DNA of 61,340 nt. Source: an uncultured Gammaproteobacteria bacterium (GTDB lineage: Bacteria > Patescibacteriota > Patescibacteriia > SG8-24). Positions within the stretch are counted from its first letter, which is position 1. The number at the start of each line of letters is the position of its first letter. The stretch covers positions 82,909-144,248 of the forward strand of contig CAYOXM010000001.1 of assembly GCA_964407925.1 (NCBI GenBank), given 5' to 3'. Below, piece after piece: positions 1 through 8,300 of the stretch. Below the pieces are notes generated by a model. The model was not told where the DNA came from and searched no databases. It saw only the letters and a program-made list of their open reading frames with translations. The translations under genes and the position numbers were made by a program.

Positions 1-1086
1 GACGGTCCTTTCCCCTCCCCCGCGAGAGAACGTCACGGCGACCGTGGTTCCGGGCGCGTACTCGGCGAGCAGGTCGGCAAGCGGACTCTTGGCGCTCACT
101 TCCTGGCCTCCGACGGCGGTGATGATGTCGCCGGCGGCGATTCCCGCGACGTCCGCCGGACCGCGGCGGTCGACCGCGGCGGCCTTGCCGTCGAGGGCCG
201 CGCTCGCGAGCGCGCCACGGCGAGGGAGGGAGGAATTGCCGGACGCGAGACGGGAGAGGTCGACGTAGCGGAGGCCGAGATACGGACGCGCGACGCGCTT
301 GTCACGCAGGACGCCGCCGATCATCCGCGAGACGGCTTCGAGCGGGACGGCGACGGCGTCATCGCCAGCCTTGCCGTCGAGGATGCCGACGACCTCGCCC
401 TCGCGGTTCAGGACCATGGCGCCGGCCAGCACGCCGCCCGCACCGGACAGGCGCAGGACCCTCTGCATCCGCTCGGAAGAACGGACGAGCCCCGCGAGGT
501 CGGCGGCGGGCGCGTCGTCGTACGCGACGACGCCGAGGCGGCGAAGGCCGCCGGAGGCGTCGAAGGAGAAGGCGGACTCGCCCGGCTGGAGCGCGCGGCC
601 TTCGCCGAAGGCGGTCACGGGGAGGTTGGACGCCTCGACTTTCATGAACGCGACGTCGGAATACGGGTCGCGGATGACGTCGGTGACGGGATACGCCTTC
701 GTCCCCACGAGCGCGACGAGCGATTTCGCCCCCTTCGGCCTGACGACGGCGGAGGCGTGCGACATGATCCAGCCGTCGGACGTGAGGACGGCGCCCGAAC
801 CGACGGCTTCGCTCGGCACGTAGGCGTCGGCGAGCGGACCGGCGACGCCGGATTTGGCGGGAAAGAAAACGACGGCCGACCGCTCCGCGGCGACCGCGGC
901 AGGGAGCGGCGCCTCGTCGACGCGCTTGTCCGTCACCGGACCGCCCACGAGCATCGTCGCGCCGCCGCCGAACATCGAGGCAGGGACGAGATACGCGATG
1001 ACGACGAGCATGCCGGTGATGCCCGCCGCGAGGCCGAAGAACACGCTGACGATGACGGTGGACACGAACGGACGGGAGGTTTTCAT
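1..1086 (-). CDS. HtrA/S1C-like trypsin-fold + PDZ membrane protein, catalytic residues degenerate; 3' end runs off the window
   Basis: Manually translated open frame from ATG 1086 to position 1 (absent from the ORF track because there is no stop). N-terminal TM helix, GSGAVLTSDGWI, DPYSDVAFMKV, NREGEVVGI, RPYLGLRY and a PDZ-like GPADVAGIAAGDIITAVGG. Confidence 0.8.
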   Translation of the reverse strand, partial: MKTSRPFVSTVIVSVFFGLAAGITGMLVVIAYLVPASMFGGGATMLVGGPVTDKRVDEAPLPAAVAAERSAVVFFPAKSGVAGPLADAYVPSEAVGSGAVLTSDGWIMSHASAVVRPKGAKSLVALVGTKAYPVTDVIRDPYSDVAFMKVEASNLPVTAFGEGRALQPGESAFSFDASGGLRRLGVVAYDDAPAADLAGLVRSSERMQRVLRLSGAGGVLAGAMVLNREGEVVGILDGKAGDDAVAVPLEAVSRMIGGVLRDKRVARPYLGLRYVDLSRLASGNSSLPRRGALASAALDGKAAAVDRRGPADVAGIAAGDIITAVGGQEVSAKSPLADLLAEYAPGTTVAVTFSRGGGERTV

Positions 1087-1092
1087 GGCGGT

Positions 1093-1884
1093 TCAGGCCC
1101 AACGGGCGGTAGCGAGAACGAGGACGACGAGGAGGCCGGACATCGCGAACTGCCGCCGCAGCCATTTGACCGATCCCGCCTCGTCGAAGACGCGCTCGGC
1201 GTAGTGCAGGGCGAAGGCGAGGAAGGTCGTGGCGACCGCGGCGTTCACGACCGCGGACGTCGGCAGGAAGGACAGGCCGACGTACAGCTGGGACGCGACG
1301 AGCGCCAGCGCGACGATGAGCGGCAGCTCCTCGCGCGAGGAACGTTTGGCGTGCCAGAGCGTCTCCCACGTCACGAGCGACGTCGCGGCGAGCACCGCAA
1401 GCGCGGGAATCCAGACGGGAACCTGCATGAACACGGTGATGCCGAAACAGAAGGCGAGGAAGAAGAACGACGCGACGGCACGGAGGGCGCGGACGAGATG
1501 GACGAACCCTTCCGGAGTGAAGCGCGCGGGCGCGCCGCGCATCCCGTCGACGTAGGCGAACCAGGCGTACAGCATGAAAGCCGTCGCGACCACGAGCGCG
1601 TAGCGGAAGGCCGCGCCTTCGATCAGAAGGAGGAATCCGGCGGCGCTCGCGGCGAAGAAGGCCGGGGCGATGGCATAGCGCATGGCGATCGCCCTGCCGT
1701 AGCCGCCGCGGGCGGCGGCATAGGCGCACGACGCCGCGAAGAGGGCGGCCGCGGCGACAAGGCCGGAAAGCGCCAAGACACGCGTCTCGGTCGACAGGGC
1801 CGGCAACCGCAGGGCAGCGACAAGGCAGCCCGTCACGAGCGCGGGACCGGCGAACTTGAGCGGTCGCGAGAGTCGGAGTCGCAT
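1093..1884 (-). CDS. Multi-pass membrane protein, function unknown
   Basis: 263-aa ORF with about 8 hydrophobic segments, tightly packed between co-oriented genes. Confidence 0.75.
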   Translation of the reverse strand: MRLRLSRPLKFAGPALVTGCLVAALRLPALSTETRVLALSGLVAAAALFAASCAYAAARGGYGRAIAMRYAIAPAFFAASAAGFLLLIEGAAFRYALVVATAFMLYAWFAYVDGMRGAPARFTPEGFVHLVRALRAVASFFFLAFCFGITVFMQVPVWIPALAVLAATSLVTWETLWHAKRSSREELPLIVALALVASQLYVGLSFLPTSAVVNAAVATTFLAFALHYAERVFDEAGSVKWLRRQFAMSGLLVVLVLATARWA

Positions 1885-1885
1885 G

Positions 1886-2617
1886 CTAAGGGGCGTTCTT
1901 GGGCATTATGAAAAACCGTATCGAGCCCTTGGAGAATTCAATCCGGAAAAGGGAACCGAGGTTTCCGCTTTCGGCGAGAATCGCCTGGGACATCGCCTTG
2001 CCGGCCTTGTCAAAGGCGGATTGGGCGAGCCAACGCGGCAGGACGAGGTCGCCGACGCGGACCTCCTGCACGCGGAAGGATATCGTCCCCCGGTCCGCGC
2101 TCGGGACGAAACGCGCGCGCACCGTCGTGTCCCCCGCCGCCTGCGGCGAAACCGCGAACACCTCGACCGTCTCGTCATCGAAGGCGACTTGCACGTCGCG
2201 GACGGGAAAAGGGAGGTCGCCGTCCTTCGCCTTGCGGACGCCCTCCTGAACCATGGTGGTCAGCTCGGTCTCGGTGAGCGTGAGGGTGAGGAGGCTCGTA
2301 TGCGGGTCGAATTTCGCCTTGGACACCGCAGACGTGATCACGGTTTGGGCATTCGACCCGACGAGCGGCATCACCCGACGCACGGGCGCGGCGGCCTTGT
2401 AGTACCGCTGGGTGAAAAAGGGAATCTTGTAAAACCCGGTACGCGCGAGCGTCGCGGCGACGAAGTACGTCGGTATCGCAAGGGCGACAAGCACGACGAG
2501 CGAACAGCCGCCGAACGCGCCAAGACGCCAGCGCAGGTTCTCCTGGCGGATTTCCTTCTTGATCTCGTTCTTGAGCGCCTCACGCTCGCTGGGGCTCGCC
2601 GGTTCGATCCTCGTCAT
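1886..2617 (-). CDS. Single-pass membrane protein; extracellular part loosely resembles LmeA/YpmS-type lipid-binding folds
   Basis: TM helix AFGGCSLVVLVALAIPTYFVA, then a beta-rich domain with LTLTETELT. ATG 2617 chosen as start. Confidence 0.6.
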   Translation of the reverse strand: MTRIEPASPSEREALKNEIKKEIRQENLRWRLGAFGGCSLVVLVALAIPTYFVAATLARTGFYKIPFFTQRYYKAAAPVRRVMPLVGSNAQTVITSAVSKAKFDPHTSLLTLTLTETELTTMVQEGVRKAKDGDLPFPVRDVQVAFDDETVEVFAVSPQAAGDTTVRARFVPSADRGTISFRVQEVRVGDLVLPRWLAQSAFDKAGKAMSQAILAESGNLGSLFRIEFSKGSIRFFIMPKNAP

Positions 2618-2636
2618 AGCAGGCAACAATCGGTCC

Positions 2637-3098
2637 TTAGCGGCGCTGCACCACCCACGGATTCGCCGTGAGGACGGCTTCGGATTTTTCGAACACCTTT
2701 TCCTGGTCGGCGACGGAGCCGCTCAGGGCACGCTTCCATTGGTCGAGGAGCAGCACGAACGACAAATGCGCGTCGCGGTCGTCCTTGGGGACGCGGACGC
2801 GCAAGAGGCGTTCCTGCGTCTTTTCGACGATGTCGACGAAACGCGGATCCGGCGCCTTCACGTCAGCGCGCGTCATGCGGGAGGACTGTTCCCAGAAATC
2901 GGCCATCACGCCTGACGTTTCCGCGCGGTACTCCTCCTGCGTCGGCGCGACGAGCGGCGCCGGGACGGACGGCGGGAGGATGTCCGCGCGCGACAAGCCG
3001 GAAATCGCGCCGTACGCCAAGCCTGCGAGCGTGGTCGCGGCGAACGCCCCGAGAACGATCATTTCTCCGCCTATCCAATGGTGCGGTTTACGGGCCAT
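2637..3098 (-). CDS. Hypothetical membrane-anchored helical protein
   Basis: ORF-track 2637..3149; ATG 3098 (MARKPHH) preferred. N-terminal hydrophobic helix; co-oriented with the downstream genes. Confidence 0.6.
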   Translation of the reverse strand: MARKPHHWIGGEMIVLGAFAATTLAGLAYGAISGLSRADILPPSVPAPLVAPTQEEYRAETSGVMADFWEQSSRMTRADVKAPDPRFVDIVEKTQERLLRVRVPKDDRDAHLSFVLLLDQWKRALSGSVADQEKVFEKSEAVLTANPWVVQRR

Positions 3099-3179
3099 GT
3101 TGGCGTGATTATCAGAGGAAATATACCAACCAAACCCCCGCTCGGTCAAAGAGACGATTTCGTGCTACCATTGGGGCAT

Positions 3180-5717
3180 ATGACGCCTCAAAAACTTGGC
3201 TATGCCGAGGCCGCATCTCGGAGCGCCGACGATGTCCTCGCCGCTCTCGGCAGCGACCGGGAGCGCGGCCTCGTGGCGAGCGCCGTGGACGCGCGGCTCG
3301 CCGCGTTCGGCAGGAACGAAATCGCGAGAAAGCGGAAAACGGCATTCGCCATCCTCGTCCGCCAGCTCGCCTCGCCGTTCATCTACATGCTCGCCGTCGC
3401 GGCCGGCATCGCCTTCGCGACCGGCGAACACGTGGACGGCGGGATGATCGTGCTGTTCACGCTCATCAACACCGCGCTCGGCTTCTACCAGGAATTCCGC
3501 GCGGAACGGGCGGTCGAGACGCTGATGGCGTTCTGGCAGGACAAGACGCACGTGCTGCGCGCCGGACGCATCGCGCTCATCCCGGCGGCAGGCCTCGTTC
3601 CCGGCGACGTCGTGCGGCTGCAGGCGGGCGACAAGATTCCCGCCGACGTGCGGTTCGTCACCGCGAAGAACGTGACGGTCGACGAGTCGGTGCTGACGGG
3701 CGAATCGGCAAACGTCACGAAGACGGCCGACGCGGTCTCCCCCGCCCCGCGCGACTATTACGAATCGTCCTGCATCGGATTCTCCGGAACGGCGCTCCTG
3801 ACCGGCGAGGCCGACGCGGTCGTCATCGCGACCGGCAAGGACGCCGTGCTCGGCGAGCTGGCGAAACTCGCGGCGGACACGAAGACCGTGAGCGCGTTCG
3901 AGAAGGAAATCGGCGCGTTCAGCGGCTTCATCATGAAGCTCGTCGTCGTGACGCTCGCGTTCGTTTTCGCACTGAACCTCGGCCTCAAGGGCATCGGGCG
4001 CATCGAGGAGCTGATCCTGTTCTCCATCGCGCTCACCGTGGGCGTCATCCCCGAAGCGCTCCCCGTCGTGTCGACCATCGCGCTGTCGCGCGGCGCGCTG
4101 CGCATGGCGAGGAAGAACGTCATCGTGAAGCGGCTCTCCGCCATCGACGACCTCGGGAGCATCGACGTGCTTTGCACCGACAAGACCGGAACGATCACGC
4201 AGAACGTGCTCCACGTGGCCGACGTGCGCGCGGACGACCCCGACGCATGCGTCCGGTACGCGCTGCTCGGCTCGTCGTTCCTCGGCGAGAGCGACAAGCA
4301 GCAGAACAACGCGTTCGACGTCGCGCTGTGGAAGCACGCCGACCCCGCCGCGCGCGCCGAGGCCGCGAAGGCGCGCAAGCTCGCCGAACTGCCGTTCGAT
4401 CCCGTGCGGCGGCGCAACACGGTGCTCATCGAATCGTCCGGCGGACGCATGCTCATCACGCGCGGCTCGCCCGAGGACGTCCTCGCGGTCTGCGGCGACG
4501 ACGTCGACAAGCTGGCGCTCGGACGCCACCTCGCGCGGCAGGGGCTCGGCGGCAACCGCGTCATCGCGGTCGCCGTCCGCGCCGACGCGGCGTCGATTGA
4601 CGACGAGTCGTCCGGCTTCGCCTTCGCGGGCGTCATCTCGTTCCACGACCCGGTGAAGCAGAGCGCGTACGCCGCCGTGCGCAAGGCGAAAATCCTCGGC
4701 GTGCAGATCAAGATCCTGACCGGCGACTCGAAAGAAGTCGCGGGCGCGGTCGCGAACAAGCTGCGCATCGTCGACGACCCGCTCGAGGTGATCACCGGCG
4801 CCGAATTCGACGCCCTGCCGGCCGAGGAGAAGCACCGCGCGCTCGAGCGGTACCACGTCTACGCGCGGATGAACCCGAAGCAGAAGTTCTCCGTCCTCGC
4901 GCTGCTGCAGGAAAAGAACGTCGTCGGCTTCCTCGGCGAAGGATTCAACGACGCGCCGGGGCTCAAGATGGCGAACGTCGGGCTGGCCGTCGAGGGCGCG
5001 TCGGACGTGGCGAAGGAATCGGCGGACGTGATCCTGCTCAACAAGAGCCTGCCCGTCATCTTCGACGGCATTGAGGAGGGACGGCGGACGTTCACGAACA
5101 CCATCAAGTACCTGAAGGTGACGCTCGCCTCGAACTTCGGCAACTTCTACGCGGTCGCGACGGCGTCGTTCTTCATCAGCTTCCTGCCGATGCTGCCGCT
5201 GCAGATCCTCCTCCTGAACCTGCTGACCGACTTCCCGATGATCGCCATCGCCGCGGACAGCGTCGACATCGGCGAGCTGCAGAAGCCGCGGAAGTACGAC
5301 GCCAAGCGCATCGTGCTGATCGCGACCATCCTCGGCGGCGTGAGCAGCCTGTTCGACTTCGCGACGTTCGCCGTCTTCACCCGGTTCGGCGAAGGATACC
5401 TGCAGTCGATGTGGTTCACGGTGAGCGCGCTGACCGAGCTGTGCCTCATTTACTCGCTGCGCACGGCAAAGCCGTTCTGGCGCGGCGAGCGGCCGCCGCT
5501 CGGGATGGCGCTCCTTACGGCCGCCGCCGCAGCCGCCGCGATCGGCCTGCCGTTCACCGCGTTCGGCCAAGAGGTGTTCCGCTTCGTCCGCCCGGGGATG
5601 AACCACGTCCTGCTCGGCACGGCGATCGTCATCGCCTATCTCACCGCGACGGAGCTGACGAAACGGTGGCTGTTGCGGGTCGCGAATGGGGCGGCAAGCC
5701 CAGCGACAGGGAAATAA
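3180..5717 (+). CDS. Cation-transporting P-type ATPase, MgtA-like (Mg2+; P2/P3 type)
   Basis: TGES, PEALP, DKTGT phosphorylation site, TGD and GEGFNDAP hinge; SNFGN and LLNLLTD membrane motifs resemble MgtA. ATG 3180 follows an extended -10 (TGcTACCAT, 3163-3171). Confidence 0.9.
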   Translation: MTPQKLGYAEAASRSADDVLAALGSDRERGLVASAVDARLAAFGRNEIARKRKTAFAILVRQLASPFIYMLAVAAGIAFATGEHVDGGMIVLFTLINTALGFYQEFRAERAVETLMAFWQDKTHVLRAGRIALIPAAGLVPGDVVRLQAGDKIPADVRFVTAKNVTVDESVLTGESANVTKTADAVSPAPRDYYESSCIGFSGTALLTGEADAVVIATGKDAVLGELAKLAADTKTVSAFEKEIGAFSGFIMKLVVVTLAFVFALNLGLKGIGRIEELILFSIALTVGVIPEALPVVSTIALSRGALRMARKNVIVKRLSAIDDLGSIDVLCTDKTGTITQNVLHVADVRADDPDACVRYALLGSSFLGESDKQQNNAFDVALWKHADPAARAEAAKARKLAELPFDPVRRRNTVLIESSGGRMLITRGSPEDVLAVCGDDVDKLALGRHLARQGLGGNRVIAVAVRADAASIDDESSGFAFAGVISFHDPVKQSAYAAVRKAKILGVQIKILTGDSKEVAGAVANKLRIVDDPLEVITGAEFDALPAEEKHRALERYHVYARMNPKQKFSVLALLQEKNVVGFLGEGFNDAPGLKMANVGLAVEGASDVAKESADVILLNKSLPVIFDGIEEGRRTFTNTIKYLKVTLASNFGNFYAVATASFFISFLPMLPLQILLLNLLTDFPMIAIAADSVDIGELQKPRKYDAKRIVLIATILGGVSSLFDFATFAVFTRFGEGYLQSMWFTVSALTELCLIYSLRTAKPFWRGERPPLGMALLTAAAAAAAIGLPFTAFGQEVFRFVRPGMNHVLLGTAIVIAYLTATELTKRWLLRVANGAASPATGK

Positions 5718-5762
5718 CATCAAGGGCGGGACGGCACCCCTCTGGCGGAATGCAAATGCGCC

Positions 5763-5868
5763 AGCAAGGCTCGCGTCCCCGGATCGCGAGCCCCGCGAAT
5801 GAGCCACGAGTCGTTATGCTCATTCGCGGAAGGTTCACGGTCTCGCGACCGGGGACGCGGCCTGCCGC
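5763..5868 (+). repeat. Structured intergenic element, family B copy 1 (long irregular hairpin with AGGTTCACGGTCTCG core)
   Basis: Nested inverted repeats GCGTCCCCGG/CCGGGGACGC, TCGCGAG/CTCGCGA and CCGCGAATGAGC/GCTCATTCGCGG. Core shared with 9507..9604 on the minus strand. Confidence 0.65.
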
Positions 5869-5932
5869 CGCTTCTTAATATAAAGAAAAAGCTCGCGCGC
5901 TTATCGGCGCGCTCAACGGAAGAACATCTCTC

Positions 5933-5973
5933 AAAAAAACGTCCCGCTTGGATGCGGGACGGTTTTGTTTTTT
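5933..5973. terminator. Bidirectional intrinsic terminator
   Basis: A-run, CGTCCCGC-TTGGAT-GCGGGACG hairpin, T-run, between convergent genes. Confidence 0.75.
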
Positions 5974-5975
5974 GG

Positions 5976-7223
5976 TCAGAAGCGGACCCTGAGCGAGCCG
6001 TCAGTACGGACGTCGGTGCGGAAGAAGCCGCCGCCGTTCCGCCCGTCGTCACCGCGACCGCCGTCTTCGGACGGCTCGTCGTCACGGTCGTCGGGCGCGT
6101 CCTTCTCGTCGTCATCAGCAGTCACGGCACCGCCGTTCTTCTCGCCCTCCTCCTGCTTCTTCTCCTGATCCTTCCGACGGTCGCCGTCCTGCCGCTCGCG
6201 CCGTCCGGCACGGAGCTCGACGCGGACGCGGAAAGTGGCGGCAGCCTTCACGAGACGCCTGGCTTCCTGGGCATCACGGTGCGCCTGCAGGTAGAGGGAG
6301 AACGCTCCCGAGAAATTCTCGACCGCGAGTTCGGTATCTCCGTCGGCGAGCTCCTTCTCGGCGGCGGCGAGGCGCGCCTCGGCGTTCGCGGCCGCGTCCG
6401 CTTCCATGCGGCCGCTCGCGGCGTCGAACTGCGCGCGGGCTTCGACGACCGCGGCGCGGGCATTCCGACCGCGCGCCTCGGCGGCGGCGCGGACGTCGGC
6501 CTGGGCCTTCACGCGGAGCTTGTCCTCCTTCTTCTCGCGGCGCTCGACGGCGGCCTTGGCCTCGGCCCCGACCTTCTCGGCGAGACGGGACGACCTCGCC
6601 CCCGTGTCGGCCTTCGCGGACGCGAGCATCGACAGAATCTCCTGGTGCGCGTTCAACGCGCCCTCGAATTCGGCATCGGCCTCCGCGACGTCGCCGTCGT
6701 CACCGTCGCGCTCCTCCTCTTCCTTCTCGGCCTCGGCGAAATGCTCCTTGGCCTTTTCGGCGTGCTTCGCGAAGCCCTTCTCGACGGCGGCCACGGCCTT
6801 GGCCTTGAGCCGTCCCTTGGCGGCGAGCGCTTCCGCTTCGGCAAGACGGCGCTCGGCGCGCTCGGTCTCCCACTTCGCCTTTTCCTCCGCGCCGACGGTA
6901 GCGGCGGCCCGGACCTCCTCGTTGACGGCGACCTTCACCGGATACAGCACGTCGCCGGGAAGCGCGGCTTCCGCGGCGTAGGACACGCCTCCGGCGGACA
7001 CCATGAGCGCGAGCACGAGCGCGAAGACGGACGCGGGCTTGACCAGCGGGACGAGGAACGCGAAACCAAACGGCTTCTTCGCCGCGCCCTGGCGGGCGAC
7101 GCGCACCGGCCGCAGCGCCATGTACGCGCGCAGCATCTCGCGGCCCGCGGCCTTCTCGTCGGCCGTGAGCGCGAGCTTCTTCGCGTCATCGAAAATTTTT
7201 TTGATATCGTTTTCCATAGTCAT
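5976..7223 (-). CDS. DUF5667-domain membrane protein, putative anti-sigma factor
   Basis: TM helix followed by SYAAEAALPGDVLYPVK (DUF5667 signature) and a coiled-coil region. Start overlaps the ECF sigma stop (ATGA). Confidence 0.8.
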   Translation of the reverse strand: MTMENDIKKIFDDAKKLALTADEKAAGREMLRAYMALRPVRVARQGAAKKPFGFAFLVPLVKPASVFALVLALMVSAGGVSYAAEAALPGDVLYPVKVAVNEEVRAAATVGAEEKAKWETERAERRLAEAEALAAKGRLKAKAVAAVEKGFAKHAEKAKEHFAEAEKEEEERDGDDGDVAEADAEFEGALNAHQEILSMLASAKADTGARSSRLAEKVGAEAKAAVERREKKEDKLRVKAQADVRAAAEARGRNARAAVVEARAQFDAASGRMEADAAANAEARLAAAEKELADGDTELAVENFSGAFSLYLQAHRDAQEARRLVKAAATFRVRVELRAGRRERQDGDRRKDQEKKQEEGEKNGGAVTADDDEKDAPDDRDDEPSEDGGRGDDGRNGGGFFRTDVRTDGSLRVRF

Positions 7224-7732
7224 GGTTGCTGCGGCGACGCCATCAGGTCCCGCAATTGGCGGATGCCGCGGTGCAAACGCACCGAGACGACGTTCTCCGA
7301 CTCGCCGACGACGACGGCGATTTCCTTCGGCGTCATGTCATCGAGGTAGCGCATCGAAACGATCTCGCGGTACTTCTCGTCGATCCGGCCGAGGAGGCCA
7401 ATCATCTGACCCGCTTCGGCGTTCACGACGGTCTTGTCCCTCGCGTCCGCAGGTTCGAACCCGCCCTCCATGAGCGTCTCGAGCGACGATTCCTTCTTCT
7501 TGCGGCTCTCGTCGATGACGAGGTTGTTTGCGACGCGATACAGGAACGCCTTGAGGTTCTTGATGTCCTTCCCCTCGACGACGTATTCCCAGGCGCGAAC
7601 GTAGCATTCCTGCATCAGTTCCTTCGCGCGCTCGCGGTCGTAACAGCGATAGTAGCAATGACGAAAAAGAGCATCGGAAAGCTCATCGTACGCCTTGAGA
7701 AACTCCTCGGTTTTCCCCTGGGCATTCGTCAT
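7220..7732 (-). CDS. ECF-type RNA polymerase sigma-70 family factor
   Basis: 170 aa. Region 2: AKELMQECYVRAW, FLYRVANNLVID. Region 4: YREIVSMRYLDDMTPKEIA...VSVRLHRG. Confidence 0.92.
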   Translation of the reverse strand: MTNAQGKTEEFLKAYDELSDALFRHCYYRCYDRERAKELMQECYVRAWEYVVEGKDIKNLKAFLYRVANNLVIDESRKKKESSLETLMEGGFEPADARDKTVVNAEAGQMIGLLGRIDEKYREIVSMRYLDDMTPKEIAVVVGESENVVSVRLHRGIRQLRDLMASPQQP

Positions 7733-7747
7733 GCTTCTGCAATCATC

Positions 7748-7773
7748 GACGGCGGGCCTCGACTTTTCTTACA
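7748..7773 (-). promoter_or_regulatory. Putative ECF-type autoregulatory promoter TGTAAG-N16-CGTC
   Basis: Resembles the SigW/SigX-like TGAAAC-N16-CGTC/CGTA architecture; lies 15 nt upstream of the sigma ATG. Confidence 0.45.
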
Positions 7774-7830
7774 TTGGGCCTATAAGGCGGTCCGTCTGAC
7801 GACCCACCATCTCATGTTTGGGCGGGGAAA

Positions 7831-8112
7831 TCAAGGTTGTCGCATCCTTTCGGGCGCGTCCTGTGCTAAATAGTGTTGCATTTGTTTTTTGAGAAATTTT
7901 CGACCAGAGCCACTTTTAAGAAACCTTTCTCGGCCGAGGGCATCCATTTTGTGGGAATAGGCCTCAAAATAAATCAGTTTAAATGGTCGACGAGCCGAGG
8001 TCGACTCGTTTTTACCACAATTATGATCCTGAAGGCGTCGTCGTATATCGGTCGTGTAACCGATGTACCACCCGCCATCTTTCAAACTTTGCAACACGTA
8101 TACGGCATGCAT
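7831..8112 (-). CDS. Small stand-alone GIY-YIG nuclease
   Basis: VYVLQS...WYIGYT, RRLQDHN, RRPFKLIYFE and RERFLKSG motifs. Visibly more AT-rich than its flanks. Confidence 0.9.
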   Translation of the reverse strand: MHAVYVLQSLKDGGWYIGYTTDIRRRLQDHNCGKNESTSARRPFKLIYFEAYSHKMDALGRERFLKSGSGRKFLKKQMQHYLAQDAPERMRQP

Positions 8113-8120
8113 CGACCGGC

Positions 8121-8149
8121 AAAATATTTGAGGTGAACATCAATGTCAA
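8121..8149 (-). promoter_or_regulatory. Sigma70 promoter TTGACA-17-TATTTT; probably gives a leaderless GIY-YIG mRNA
   Basis: Exact 17-nt spacer; the -10 ends 8 nt before the ATG at 8112. Confidence 0.6.
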
Positions 8150-8181
8150 ATCAACGGCTGCGCTCCCGTTACCGCGTAAAA

Positions 8182-8300
8182 TGGTGGCCGTGCCACGTGA
8201 ACGCCAGCTCCATCGCGGAAGGTGGCCCCGTAAAAGCGTTGCCGTTGGCAACGCTCACGGGGCACGTAAAAACGCCAGACGAGCTGGCGTTTTTACGTGG
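8182..8300 (-). repeat. CCA-anchored structured repeat, family A copy E1 (after tmRNA)
   Basis: Starts at the tmRNA CCA. First 77 nt match 51627..51703 at 76 positions. Perfect 16-bp hairpin, second bulged hairpin, ends GGCCACCA. Confidence 0.9.

Noticed and set aside
3165-5807. 880-aa antisense ORF, and similar long Arg/Gly/Ala-rich ORFs at 757..1911, 27702..30494, 30939..32279, 38971..40389, 41566..42858, 45477..47402, 48180..49970 and 56236..57810
   Set aside because: Shadow frames of high-GC3 genes on the opposite strand; no motifs, and they fully overlap well-supported CDSs.
8182-8300. Family A repeats as CRISPR repeats or parS sites
   Set aside because: No tandem repeat-spacer array and no cas genes. 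The CACGTG cores (e.g. GCGTTCACGTGGCAC) match only about half of the TGTTTCACGTGAAACA parS consensus and are not palindromic beyond the core, despite parAB being near E2.
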